A DNA stretch of 64,000 bases. Origin: the human T2T-CHM13v2.0 reference genome, Homo sapiens. Position numbers and translations under genes: made by a program. Below are positions 1-12,947 of this stretch, piece after piece. The notes under the pieces were generated by a model. That model saw only the letters and a list, made by a program, of their open reading frames with translations, did no database searches and was not told where the DNA came from. The DNA lies in NCBI RefSeq assembly GCF_009914755.1, contig NC_060937.1; one strand, written 5' to 3'. Positions within the stretch are counted from its first letter, which is position 1, and every line of letters starts with the position of its first letter.

Positions 1-478
<478 letters not shown>

Positions 479-538
479 CTACAAAAGTTGAATATGATTA
501 TTCTGGAGTTTGTGAGGGTGGTTTTAACAAGCCTTGTA

Positions 539-1315
539 CAAAAGGCATGAACAGACACTTCTCAAAAGAAGACATACGGGTGGCCAACAAACATATGAAA
601 AAATGGTCACCATCACTGGCCAGCAGGAGAAGCAAATCAAAACCACAATGAGACACCATCTCACACCAGTCAGAATGGCTATTATTAAAAAGTCAGAAAA
701 CAAGAGATGCTGGCAAGGTTGTGGAGTTAAGGGAGTGAACTGTTGGTGAGAATGCAAACTAGTTCAGCCACTGTGGAAAGCAGTTTGGGGATTTCTCAAA
801 TAACTAAAAATAGAACTATCATTTGACCCAGCAATCCCATTACTGGGTATGTACCCAAAAGAAAATAAATCATTTTACCAAAAAGACACATGCACTCATA
901 TGTTCATTGCCACATTATTCACAAAGCAAAGACACAGAATCAACCTATGTGCCCATCAATAGTGAATTGCATACAGAAAATGTCATACATATACACCATG
1001 GAACACTACACAGCCATAAAAAAAGAAAGAAATCACGTCCTTTGCAATAGCATGGATGCAGCTAGAGGCCATTAACCTAAGGGAACTAATGCAGAAACAG
1101 AAACTCAAATATTGCATGTTTTCACTTATAGTGAGAAATAAATCTTGGGTTCACATGGACATAAAGATGTGAATAATAGACACTGAGGACTCCAAAAGGA
1201 GGGAAGGAGGGAGGAAGACAAGCGCTGAAAAACTTTCTATTGGGTACTACGTTTACTATCTGGGTGACGGGATCAATAGAATCCAAAACCTCAGCACCAT
1301 GCAATGTACCCTTGT
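539..1315 (+). mobile_element. 5'-truncated L1 (L1PA15/16-like), ORF2 C-terminus and 3'UTR, first part
   Basis: ORF2 C-terminal motifs ([13 protein letters not shown]; ORF 534..749); 3'UTR gggtgacgggatcaatagaatccaaaacctcagc; left TSD AACAAGCCTTGTA at 526-538. Confidence 0.9.
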
Positions 1316-3103
1316 TTTTTGTTTGTTTTTAATTCAGAGAATCTTTTATTTTTTCCATAAGTTATTGGGGTACAATTAGTATTTGGTTACATGAGTAAGT
1401 TCTTTAGTGGTGATTTGTGAGATCGTGGTGCACCATCACCCGAGCAATATACACTGCACCATATTTGTAGTCTTTTATCCCTCGCCCCACTCCCACTCTT
1501 CCCCGCAAGTCCCCAAAGTCCATTGTATCATTCTTGTGGCTTTGTGTCCTTATAGCTTAGCTCCCTTTGTGTCCTTATAGCTCAGTGAGAAATTACGATG
1601 TTTGGTTTTCCATTCCTGAATTACTTCATTTAGAATAATAGTCTCCAATCTCATCCAGGTCACTGCAAATGCTGTTAATTCATTTCGTTTTATGGCTAAC
1701 CAGTATTCCATTGTATATATATATGATACCACAGTTTCTTTATCCACTCATTGATTGATGGGCATTTGTGTTGGTTCCATGATTTTGCAATTATGAATTG
1801 TGCTGCTATAAAAATGCATGTGCAAATGTCTTTTTCAAATAATAACTTCTTTTCCTCTGGGTAGATACCCAGTAGTGGGATTGCTGGATCAAATGGTAGA
1901 TCTACTTTTAGTTCTTTAAGGAATCTCCACACTGTTTTCCATAGTGGATATACTAGTTTACATTCCCACCAGCAGTGTAAAATTGTCCCTTGATCACCAC
2001 ATCCATGCCAACATCTACTGTTTTTTGATTTTTTGATTATGGCCATTCTTACAGGAGAAATGTGGTATCACATTGTGGTTTTGGTTTTGATTTGCATTTC
2101 CCTGATCATCAGTGATGTTGAGCATTTTTTCATACGTCTGTTGGCTATTTGTATATCTTTTTTTGAGAATTGTCTATTCATGTCCTTAGCCCACTTTTTG
2201 ATGGGATTGTTTTTTCTTACTGATTTGTTCAAGTTTGTCATAGATTCTGGATATTAGTCAGATGTATAGATTATGAAGATTTTCTCACACTCTGTGGGTT
2301 GTCTGTTTACTCTGCTAACTGTTCCTTTTGCCATGCAAAAGCTTTTCCGTTTAATTCAGTCCCAGCTATTTATCTTTGTTTTTATTGCATTTGCTTTTGG
2401 GTTCTTGGTCATGAAATCCTTGCATAAGCCAATGTCTAGAAGGGTTTTTCCAGTGTTATCTTCCAGAATTTTTATAGTTTCAGTCCTTAAGGACTTTATG
2501 GTTTAAGTCCTTAATCTATCTTGAGTCGATTTTTGTATAAGGTGAGAGATGAGGATCCAGTTTCATTCTCCTACGTGTGGCTAGCCAATTATCCCAGCAC
2601 CATTTGTTGAAAAGGGTGTCCTTTCCCCCACTTTATGTTTTTGTTTCCTTTGTCAAAGATCAGTTGGCTGTAAGTATTTGGGTTTATTTCTGGGTTGTCT
2701 ATTCTGTTCCACTGGTCTATGTGTCTATTTTATGCCAGTCCCATGCTGTTTTGGTGACTACGGCCTTATAGTATAAGTTTGAAATCAGGTAGTGTGATGC
2801 CTTCAGATTTTTTCTTTTTGCTTAGTCTTGCTTTGGCTATGCTGGCTCTTTTTTGGTTCCATATAAATTTTAGAATTGTTTTTTCTAATTCTGTGAAGAA
2901 TGATGGTGGTATATTGATGGGGATTGCATTGAATTTGTAGATTGCTTTTGCCAGTATGGTCATTTTCACAATATTGATTCTACCCATCCATGAGCATGGG
3001 ATGTGTTTCCATTTGTTTGTGTCATCTATGATTTCTTCCAGCAGTGTTTTGTAGTTTTCCTTGTAGAGGTCTTTTGACTTATTGGTTAAGTATATTCCTA
3101 AGG

Positions 3104-3148
<45 letters not shown>

Positions 3149-6100
3149 GCAGCTATTGTAAAAGAGGTTGAGTTCTTGATTTGATTCTCTGCTTTTTCAC
3201 TGTTGGTGTATAGAAGAGCTACTGATTTGTGTACATTAATCTTGTATCCAGAAACCTCGCTGAATTCTTTTATTAGTTCTAGGACCTTTCTGGAGAAGTC
3301 TTTAAGGTTTTCAAGATAAACAATCATATCGTCAGCAAACAGTGAAAATTTGACTTCCTCTTTACCAGTTTGGATGCCCTTTATTTCTTTCTCTTGTCTG
3401 ATTGCTCTGGCTGGGACTTCCAATACTATGTTGAAGAGGAGTGGTGAGAGTGGGCGTCCTTGTCTTGTTCCAGTTCTCAGAGGGAATGCTTTCAGCTTTT
3501 CCCCACTTAGTATTATGTTGGCTCTGAATTTGTCATAGATGGCTTTTATTACATTGAGGTATATCCCTTGTATGCTGATTTTGCTGAGAGTTTTAATCAT
3601 AAATGAGGCTGGATTTTGTCAAATGCTTTTTCTGTATCTATTGAGATGATCATATGATTTTTGTTTTCAATTATGTTTATGTAGTGTATCACATTTATTG
3701 ACTTGCATATGTTAAACCATCCCTGCATCCTTGGTTATAGTGTCAAAAGGATTGGTACCAATTCTTATTTGAGTGTCTGGTAGAATTCTGCTGTGAATCT
3801 ATCTGGTCCTGGACTTTTTTTATTGGTAATTTTTAAATTACCATTTCAATCTCACTGCTTGTTATTGGTCTGTTCAGGTTATCTAATTCTTCCTTGATTT
3901 AAGCTAGGAGGATTGTACTTTTCCAGGAATTTATCCATGTCTTCTAGGTTTTCTAGTTTATTTGCATAAAGGTGTTCATAGTAGTGTTTAATGGTCTTTT
4001 GTATTTCAGTGGTGTCAGTTGTAATATCTTCTCTTTCTTTTCTTAGTGAGGTCATTTTGATTTTCTCTCTTTTCTTGGTTAATCTTGCTAATGGTCTATC
4101 AATTTTATCTTTTCAAGGAACCAGCTTTTTGTTTCATTTATCTTTTGTATATTTTTGTTTCAATTTTATTTAGTTCTGCTCTGATTTTGTTTTTCTTTCT
4201 TTCTTCTGCTGGGTTTGGGTTTGGTTTGTTCTTGTTTCTCTACTTCCTTGAGGTGTGACCTTAGAATGTGTTTGTGCTCTTTCAGTCTTTTTGATGTAGG
4301 CATTTAGGGCTATGAACTTTCCTCTTAGCACTGCCTCTGCTGTATCTCAGAGGTTTTGGTAGGTTGTATCATTATTGTTGTTCGGTTTGAAGAACTTTTT
4401 AATTTACATCTTGATTTCATTTTCGACTCAGTGTTCCTTCAGGAGCAGGTTACTTAATTTTTATGTTTTTGCATTGTTTTGAGGGTTCCTTTTGGAGTTG
4501 ATTTCCAGTTTTATTCCAGTGGCCTGAGAGAGTGCCTGATATAATTTCAATTTTCTTAAATTTACTGAGGCTCATTTTATGACCTATCATATAGTCAATC
4601 TTGACACAGTTCCATGCATTGTTGAATAGAATGTGTGTTCTGTGGTTGTTGGATGAAATGTTCTCTATATATCTGTTAAGTCCATTTGATCCAAGGTACA
4701 GTTTAAAGTCATTGTTTCTTTGTTGACTTTCTGTCTTGATGACCTATCTAGTACTGTCGGTGGAATATTGAAGTCCTCCACTATTATTGTGTCACTGTCT
4801 ACATCATTTCTTAGGTCTATTAGTAATTGTTTTATAAATTTAGGAGCTCCAGTGTTAGGTGCATATATGTTTAGGAGTGTTATATTTTCCTGTTGGACAA
4901 GGCCTTTTACCATTATATAATGTCCCTCTTTGTGTCTTTTAACTGCCGTTGCTTTAAAGTTTGTTTTGTCTGATATAAGAATAGCTTACCCTGCTCATGT
5001 TTGGTGTCCATTTGCATGAAATGTCTTTCTCTAGCCCTTTAAGTTTATGTGAGTCCTTATGTGCTAGGTATGTCTCCTGAAGGCAGCAGATAGTTGGTTG
5101 GTGAGTTCTCATCCATTCTGTGGTTCTGTATCTTTTAAGTGGAGCATTTAGGCCATTTACATTCAATGTTCATATTGAGATGTGAGATACTGTTGCATTC
5201 ATCATGCTATTTGTTGCCTGTGTACTTTGGTTTTTTTGTTTTTTGTTTTTTTTTAACTTGTATTTTTGTTTTATAGGTCCTGTGTGATTTATGCTTTAAA
5301 AGAGGTTCTGTTTTGATGTGTTTCCAGGATTTGTTTCAAGATTTAGAGCTCCTTTTAGCAGTTCTTGTAGTGGTGGCTTGGTAGTGGCGACTTTTCTCAG
5401 CATTTGTTTATCTGAAAAAGACTGTATCTTTCCTTCATATATGATGCTTAGTTTTGCTGGATACAAAATTCTTGGCTGATAATTGCTTTCTTTGAGGAGG
5501 CTGAAGATAAGACCCCAACCGCTTCTAACTTGTAGGGTTTCTGCTGAGAAATCTGCTGTTAATCTGATAGGTTTTCCTTTATAGGTTACCTGGTGCTTCT
5601 GTTCCACAGCTTTTAAGATTCTTTCCTTTGTCTTAACTTTGGAAAACCTGATGACAATGTGCCTAGGTGATGATCTTCTTGTGATTAATTTTCCAGGTGT
5701 TCTTTGTGCTTCTTGTATCTGGATATCTAGGTCTATAGCAAGGCTGGGAATTTTTCCTCAATTATTTCCCCAAATATATTTTCCAAGATTTTAGAATTAT
5801 CTTCTTCCTCTGGAACACTGATTATTCTTAGGTTTGGTTGTTTAATAATCCCAGACTTCTTGAAGACTTTGTTCGTATTTTCTTGTTCTTTTTTGTCTGT
5901 TGGATTGGGTTAATTAGAAGACTTTGTCTTCAAGATCTGAATTTCTTTCTTCTACTTGTTCAATTCTATTGCTGGGACTTCCCAGAGCATTTTGCATTTC
6001 TATAAGTATGTCCAATGTTTTCTGAATTTTTTTTTTTAAGATGTCTATTTCCTTGAATATTTCTCCCTTCACTTCTTGCATCATTTTTTTTGGATTTCCT

Positions 6101-7694
6101 GGCATTGGGCTTTGCCTCTCTCTAGTGCCTCCCTGATTAGCTTAATAACTACCCTCCTGAATTCTTTTTCAGGTAAATCAGGGATTTCTTGGTTTGGATC
6201 CGTTGCTGGTGAATTAGTGTAATTCTTTGGAGGGTGTTAAAGAATCCTGTTTTTTCATATTACCAGGGTTGGTTTTCTGGTTCCTTCTCATTTGGGTAGA
6301 CTCTGTCAGAGGGAAGGTCTAGGGCTGAAGGTTGTTGCTCAGATTCTTTTGTCCCACGGGGTGTTCCCTTGATATAGTACTCTCTCTCTTTTCCTATGGA
6401 TGTGGCCTCCAGTTAGCTAAACTGCAGTGATTGTTGTCTCTCTTCTGAGTCTAGCCACCCAGCAAGTCTACCCAGCTCCAGGCCGGTACTAGGGGTTGTC
6501 TGCACAGAGTCCTTGATGTGAACCACCTATGGGTCTCTCAGCCGTGGATGCCAGCACCCGTTCCAGCAGAAGCTGCAGGGGTGTGCAATGGACTCCATGA
6601 GGGTTCTTAGCTTTGATGGTTTAATGGTCCATTTTTGTGCTGGTTGGCCTCTTGCCAGGAGGTGGCACTTTCCAGAGAGCATCAGTTATGATAGTATGAA
6701 GAGAGACTACTGGTGGGCAGGGCCCTAGAACTCCCAAGATTATATGTCCTTTGTCTTCCACTGTGAGGGTGGGTAGGGAAGGACCATCAGCTGGGGGCAG
6801 GTCTAGGCGTGTCTGAGCTCAGACTCTCCTTGGGCAGGTCTTGCTGCAGCTGCTTTGGGGGATAGGGGTGAGATTCCCAGGTCACTGGAGTTGTGTATGT
6901 GGGAGGATTATGGCTGCCTCTGCTGAGTCATGCAGGCTGTCAGGGAAGTGGGGGAAAGTCAGCAGTCACAGGCCTCAGCCAGCTCCCATGCAAACTGAGG
7001 GGCCGCACTCACTTCCTCCGTACCCCTGCCCCCAACAGCCCTGAGTCTGTTTCCAGGCAGTGGGTGAGCGGGGCATGAAAACTTGCCACAGACTAGCCAT
7101 CTCCCATCTGTGAAAGAAAAGATCTTGGGTTCTTCCCCTGCCTGTGAAGTCTGCACGCTGGATTTGCGCGCTCCCCCAAGTTCTGGCCAGGAGGCTTCTC
7201 ACTCTGTTCAAATTGTTACAAAGTTCAACTAGAGATTTCCTTCTCCTTTGGATTTTTATCCCTCACTCCTCTGGTCACCCTCCCAATGGATCCCTGTGGT
7301 GCCAGGCAGGAATGGCCTCCTTGGGGACCCAGTGAGCTCCAAGGGCTTTTCTGTTGCTTCATCTACTCCTGTATTTTGCTCAGCTCTCTAAATTGACTCA
7401 GTTCCAGGTAAGGTCAGAAACTTCTGCAAACAGACCTTCGGTTTCTCCAGTGACGGTGTGTGTTTGGGAAAGGAGGCTCTCCCTTTCCCACTTCTAAGTT
7501 GGGGTACTCACAGTATTTGGGTTGTCTCCCGGGTCCTGCAGGAGCAGACCGCTTCCTTAAGAGGGTCTGTGAGTCCTCTCGGGATTGCTGGTTTGTTCTT
7601 GCAGTTGATCTGGAGCCAAAATTCACAATGCAAGCCTCCACACACTGCTCTGTCCAGAGCTGCAATCTAGTCCTGCCTCCTATCCACCATGATC
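1316..7694 (-). mobile_element. Full-length decayed L1PB (L1PB1/PBa-like), antisense, nested in the older L1
   Basis: Minus strand begins gatcatggtggataggaggcaggactagattgcagctc (L1PBa-type 5' end); ORF1 pieces (5296..5607, 5914..6105); ORF2 EN/RT pieces (4954..5166, 4665..4913, 3079..3600 with FADD); 3'UTR caccactaaagaacttactcatgtaacc; diverged 14-bp TSD caatgtacccttgt (1302-1315) / caatatatccttgt (7695-7708). Confidence 0.93.
3107..3145. repeat. (TG)n microsatellite inside L1PB ORF2
   Basis: Uninterrupted tg run; gives the HTHTHT stretch in ORF 3079..3600. Confidence 0.97.
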
Positions 7695-7760
7695 CAATAT
7701 ATCCTTGTAACAAACAAACCTGCATATGTACCCCTTAAATATAATAAATTTTTTAAAGAA
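7695..7760 (+). mobile_element. Remainder of the L1PA15/16-like 3'UTR with A-rich tail
   Basis: ccttgtaacaaacaaacctgcatatgtacccc continues the element interrupted at 1315; right TSD AACAAGCCTTGTA at 7761-7773. Confidence 0.88.
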
Positions 7761-7904
7761 AACAAGCCTTGTAGGACAATTTGACTTTTTAAACTATGTG
7801 CATGTATAAAACTTTGATTTTTAAAAACATTTTAAGAGTAACAAATAGTTTTCCATCACCATAAAAGTAACCACTGGCATATTTAATCAATGGATTGCGT
7901 GTGT

Positions 7905-7906
<2 letters not shown>

Positions 7907-7937
<31 letters not shown>

Positions 7938-8214
7938 AGACAGAGTCTTGCTCTGTCGCCCAGGCTGGAGTGCAGTGGCACGATCTCAGCTTACTGCAAC
8001 CTTAACTCTGGGTTCAAGTGATTCTCCTGCCTCAGCCTCCTGAGTAGCTGGGATTACAGGTGTGTGCCACCACGCCCAGCTAATTTTTGTATTTTTAGTA
8101 GAGACAGGGTTCCACCATGTTGGTCAGGCTGGTCTCAAACTCCTGACCTCGTGATCTGCCCACCTCGGCCTCCCAAAGTGCTGGGATTACAGGTGTGAGC
8201 CACCGCGCCCGGCC
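7907..8214 (-). mobile_element. Alu (AluS), full length
   Basis: Poly-T then gagacagagtcttgctctgtcgccc...gagccaccgcgcccggcc. Confidence 0.96.
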
Positions 8215-8648
8215 GATTATGTAGCTCTTTAAGTAATAAAATGGAGCTTTCATGTTTCAAGGTGGAAAAATCTCAGTAACAATGCTGAACAAAACAACAA
8301 AACAAAGCAAACTGAAAAAGAGATGAAGAGTATGGTCAACTCTATTAAAAAAACATGAAATGCAATATTATATTTTATTTCTACATAAATATGTACTAAA
8401 TAATAAAATCTTGCATGGGAAAAATGAACAACCAATTCAGAATGTGGTTGCCGTTTGGGGAGAGGACAATGAGTGGGCTATGAAGTGTTTCCATGATAGG
8501 ATGTTTTATTTCTCTAAAAATGATTTCTCCTAAGCAAATGAGGTGAAGTGACACAGTTAGATAAAGCAGGAAGGAAAAGTTAAAGAGGCAAGAAAGAGAA
8601 AAGTAAACATGAAAAACAATAACAACTTTTAAATCAAAGGTCTTTTCC

Positions 8649-8966
8649 GGCTGGGCATGGTGGCTCACGCCTGTAATCCCAGCACTTTGGGAGGCCAAGG
8701 CAGGAGGATCATGAGGTCAGGAGACCCAGACCATCCTGGCTAACACGGTGAAACCCTGTCTCTACTAAAAATACAAAAACAAAATTAGCCAGGCGTAGTG
8801 GCATGCACCTGTAATTCCAGCTACTCAGAGGCTGAGGCAGGAGAATTTCTTGAATCCAGCAGGTGGAGGTTGCAGTGAACCAAGATCACGCCACTGCATT
8901 CCAGCCTGGGCGATAAAGCAAGACTCTGTCTCAAAAAAAAACAAAAAACAAAAAAACAAAAAAAAA
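8649..8966 (+). mobile_element. Alu (AluSc-like), full length
   Basis: ggctgggcatggtggctcacgcc...gaccatcctggctaacacgg... followed by A-rich tail. Confidence 0.95.
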
Positions 8967-9329
8967 CTTTCCTCTTTCTGACAAAATTTAATCTCTCCAT
9001 GTAGGCTCTTTTTTTCAATTCTCCTTCTCTGTTTTGATTTGTTTTTTTCCATCAGCATTCATGCTCTTACAGTGACTGTTTTCTACCTGCAGTTAAAGTC
9101 CTGTTCAGTCAAGCTGCCTGGAAGGGTTTGTTATACACGGGGCCTCCATTTTCTGGCCTCCCATCCACTTTTTCTTTTAAAGATTTTTTTTAAAACTAAC
9201 AAAGCTTCAATAGGAGAAATTCAGAGTAAAATATGATGTTATCAATTATAATTGTTTCTTACCTCCACCCACCATGCAGTCACGTCTTTGGAGAGGCGAA
9301 GCTATAATTAACTGCACTGTGAGATATGA

Positions 9330-9950
9330 AGGACAATTTTCTTATTGAACATAATGAAAAGTCAGGAAGTAGCTATTTCCAAGATTGGTTTAGTCATGCA
9401 ATGCAATGCCATCAGGAGCCAGGCTGCTTCTACACTAGCATCCTCAGATCATTGACTCGGTCTTCAGATTTGCCCCTGTGTAGTAGTCCCATGGGAGTTG
9501 CCACAGCCCCCAATATCTACGTGAAGAAAAGAGTTGTTTCCTGCCATGCATCTGTCTTTTATTACAGAGGAGCTTTCTTCTGGGTTGCAGACAACTGACT
9601 TCTTTTATCCTCATACGGCAGAGAGAGAGAGTGAGAGCTCTCTGGTTTCTCTTTTTTAAGGGCACCAATCCCATTCATAGGGCTCAGCCTTCATGACCTA
9701 ATTCCCTCCCAAAGACCCATCTCTTAATGCCATTACACTGGGGGTTAGAATTGCAATATATGAGTTTGGAGTGGAGGTATGCACTCCTCCAGGTCACATT
9801 CACCAGAGTTGGGTCACGTACTCATGCTATCAATGCAAGGGAGAATAGAACAAGGAAAGCTGGGATTTTCCATCTCTAGAGTGGGAGGCAGGTTCTGCTA
9901 GTAAGTTTAAGTGGGGGTGTGGAATGGTTGTTGGGTAGGCAAACTTATTA
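9330..9950 (-). mobile_element. Old MaLR LTR (MLT1J/K-like) interrupted by an MLT1A/B-like LTR fragment (~9570-9775)
   Basis: ggcaccaatcccattcat...ccttcatgacctaattccctcccaaagacccatctcttaatgccattacactgggggttag (MLT1A-type); flanks resemble MLT1J/K (ttgggtcacgtactcatgc). Confidence 0.6.
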
Positions 9951-9969
9951 ACAGTACCTACTACTCACC

Positions 9970-10170
9970 TTGGATGCCACAGAATATCTACTACAATACC
10001 CAGAAGAGGGCAAAGTAGTGACCAGTGGACAGAGCAATACTCAGCAGAAGTGGCTGCAATGCCTACCAGAGGCAGCACTGCCCAGAAGGAAAGGCAGTAC
10101 CAAACAGAAGCATCAGTGGTTCCTGGTAGACAAAGTGGTGCCCAAGAGATACAGCAGAGTCAAGCACAGG
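9970..10170. repeat. Degenerate 19/22-bp-period minisatellite
   Basis: Loose agYaRtRcc...aga units starting at 9992, 10014, 10033, 10055, 10074, 10093, 10115, 10134, 10153. Confidence 0.5.
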
Positions 10171-10182
10171 GAGGAGCTATAG

Positions 10183-10363
10183 CTGCACTGTCCAATACGG
10201 TAGCCATTGTCCACATGTGGCTATTTAAACTAAAATTAAACAAAATTTAACATTAAGTTCTTCTGTCACACTAACCACATTTCAAGTGAGCCACTTATGG
10301 CTAATGGCTACCCTCTTGGACAAGAACAGTTCCATTTTTACATAAAGTTTAGTAGACAGCACT
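10183..10363. mobile_element. MER3-like hAT-Charlie MITE
   Basis: ctgcactgtccaatacggtagcca...catgtggctatttaaa...cacatttcaagtg...tggctacc...gacagcactg. Confidence 0.8.
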
Positions 10364-10509
10364 GGGTTATAGAAAGAGAAGAACTTCTTAAATGACAAAT
10401 CCACATGTGTAGAAATAATATTAAATTATAGCTTATCTTCAGGGATGCCTGGAGCTATGGTACAAACTCTGGGCCAAAATAGGGATGAAATGTACTAGCT
10501 AATGATTTA

Positions 10510-10930
10510 CAATGTGCTGTTTAAAGCCTGGAATTCCCCCAGAGGCACTGGGTGCCAGCTTGTCTACATTGTTTAGTGAAATGTATAAATTGATGGTCCT
10601 CACCTGGTTTACCTGGTCACTCAGCCCAATGTTAGCAGTTTGATCAGAAGAATAAAAGACAACCCAGTAAAGTTGTTTCTCACATTGCCTGAGACAGATA
10701 TCCCATTTTCATAGTGGTGGATTGTGATCCTGAGATAGAGCATAGTCTGCGCAACTGAGAGAGGACCAACACCGGGCTCAGGTGTTCCTGGCTGTCATAA
10801 TGTTGTTGTATGCTTTCTTGCTCCTGGTTTTGTGTATACTTTGCCTGTAATAAATCTTTCATAAGTATACCTTGTTAGAGTCCTGTGAGTCCTTTCAATT
10901 ACCTGACCCCAAGTAACTGCAGCACACCAT
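10510..10930 (+). mobile_element. Old ERVL-class LTR (MER21C/MER77-like)
   Basis: tttgcctgtaataaatc...agagtcctgtgagtcctttcaattacctgacc resembles the R/U5 end of this LTR group. Confidence 0.5.
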
Positions 10931-11149
10931 GGTGGCCAATCAGGACTGGTCATTAACACATACGAAACAACCCCAGGCACTGCTAGAAATAACTAGGCTG
11001 AACTTGACAAAGCTCTGAAGGTCCTGCGCTATCAGGTATAAGCAAAAACACCATGATATATTTATGGGTTTGTTGTTCTTGTTCATTCTTACATGTTGAA
11101 AGAGAGTTTTAAATGAAGTGATATAGTTTGACATGAATATAAGAGAGAT

Positions 11150-11325
11150 TATCTGTGTTCAATCCACGGAAAAATGAGATTATTGCTTAAACTTCAATTT
11201 TCTCTTTTGTAAAATGGAAAATATTACAGAGTTCACATTATAGGTCTGCTTAAGGGTAATTTAGTACATGCAAAACGCAATCAAGCAAGTATTAAGTTCT
11301 CCATAAATGTGAGCTCTTGTTATTA
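11150..11325 (+). mobile_element. MIR fragment
   Basis: cttcaattttctcttttgtaaaatggaaaat...tagtacatgcaaaacgc (MIR core). Confidence 0.5.
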
Positions 11326-11853
11326 CTCTCCCCAAATAAAGATTTCTGTTAAACATGAACACTTATAACAAAGCTTGGTACTGTATTGCCTTAAAGATCT
11401 TATTATCTGTCTTAGATTTTTAAAATTTTATTCATTAACAATGTCTCAATTACCTTCCAATTTTACATTTACTTTATTTTCCCTTAAATGGTATTTTATA
11501 TAAATACATACTATATCTAAATAGAGTACCACATCTTCCAACCCTAAATATAGTAAATATTTTCATTTGCTCTATTGATGAGCTTAGTTTTATTGAAAAT
11601 TCTATATTTTTATTCTATGCACGGCATTTGCTCAGTGGGAAAATTATGAATGTAATTGTTAGGGCACTAACTCAGATTTACTTCCTTGGTGGTTAATCAC
11701 GATTTCCAATCCCAACAGAAAGAGATTTCCAGGAGTTTTCTGGTATAAACCTCTCTCTTTAGTGAGATCTCACAGCTTGTAAATGATAGAATTGGGCTCA
11801 CGTCCAATCAGACCCATAGATAAATGTTGAAGTTGTGAGAATATATAGAATGA

Positions 11854-11987
11854 GGGGCTCCTTCTCTCGGCTTTGGAGCCCCCTCCCTCTGTCTCTGTAC
11901 AAGGGAGCTTCTTCCTTCTCCCTTCCTTCATGCCCCTTCTTGCCTATTAAACTCTCCACTTCTTAAAACAAAAAACAAAACGGCAAA
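11854..11987 (+). mobile_element. Short retroposed copy of an LTR-like 3' end with ATTAAA, A-rich tail and 16-bp TSD
   Basis: Identical TSD agaatatatagaatga at 11838-11853 and 11988-12003; ATTAAA at 11946-11951; tail aaaacaaaaaacaaaacggcaaa. Confidence 0.85.
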
Positions 11988-12619
11988 AGAATATATAGAA
12001 TGATATAGTACATTTTTGGAGAACATATCCTTTGTGATAGAATAACAGATTGTGAAGAGACATAGAAAAAGTTTTTTTAATTACTTAAACTAATTTTTAG
12101 GACAATGCTTCAAGAGAGGCCAAAGAGTATAAGATATTCTTCTTACCATTAAAGAACTTAGACATTGTATTCAAGGTTCTTTTAAGTCACATGAACAAAA
12201 ACCCATTCAAGATAACTCAAATGAATTGATGCTTTGTTATAAGGCTGTTTCAAAGAAAGAAAAGGAAGTATATGCCTGAGCCATATAAACTAGAATTGTA
12301 AAGTGAAACAGCGTTAGGGATTGAGGCAGGCACTTAATCTTTCCTGCTCAGCACGAATTCTCTAATCTCGACCTTCCTTGGATTCTTTGCTCTGAATTCC
12401 TTTCTGCTTCACCCGGTTTCCTCTGCTGGCATATCTGAAAATAGCTCAATGCAGCCTGACTCTTAACTCTGGAGTCCATCACTTTATGCTACTAGCACAT
12501 GTCTCTCTTCTCTGTCAGGCAGTGTCCCCCTCACCATTGCAGTCAGCTGCATTGTTTGCCCTTGGCCAAGAAATTTATCTGTTGTCAATTGGTTTGGCAG
12601 GAGGTTTGTGAGCACACGG

Positions 12620-12947
12620 AGTCTAGATTGACCCCTATAGAACTGTGATATTAGGAGGTAGAGACTTATGGGATGTAATCAGGTCATGAGGGTGGAACTC
12701 TCAAAAATGGAGATTAGTGCCCTTATAAAAGGGAGCCAGATAGCTCCTTTACCCTCTCTCTGCCATGTGAGCATGCAACGAGAAGCTGGCAGTCTGCAAC
12801 TAGAAAGAGGGTTCTCACCAGAACCCACCATGCTGGCACTCTGATCTCAGACTTCTAGTCCCCAGAACAGTGATAAATACATTTCTGTTGTTTATGAGCC
12901 ACCCAGTCGATGGCACTTTGTTATAGCCACTTGTATAGACTAAGACA
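12620..12947 (+). mobile_element. MaLR LTR (MLT1A/MLT1A0-like)
   Basis: ggtcatgagggtggaac...attagtgcccttataaaag...ccatgctggcactctgatctcagacttc...gactaagaca. Confidence 0.85.
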
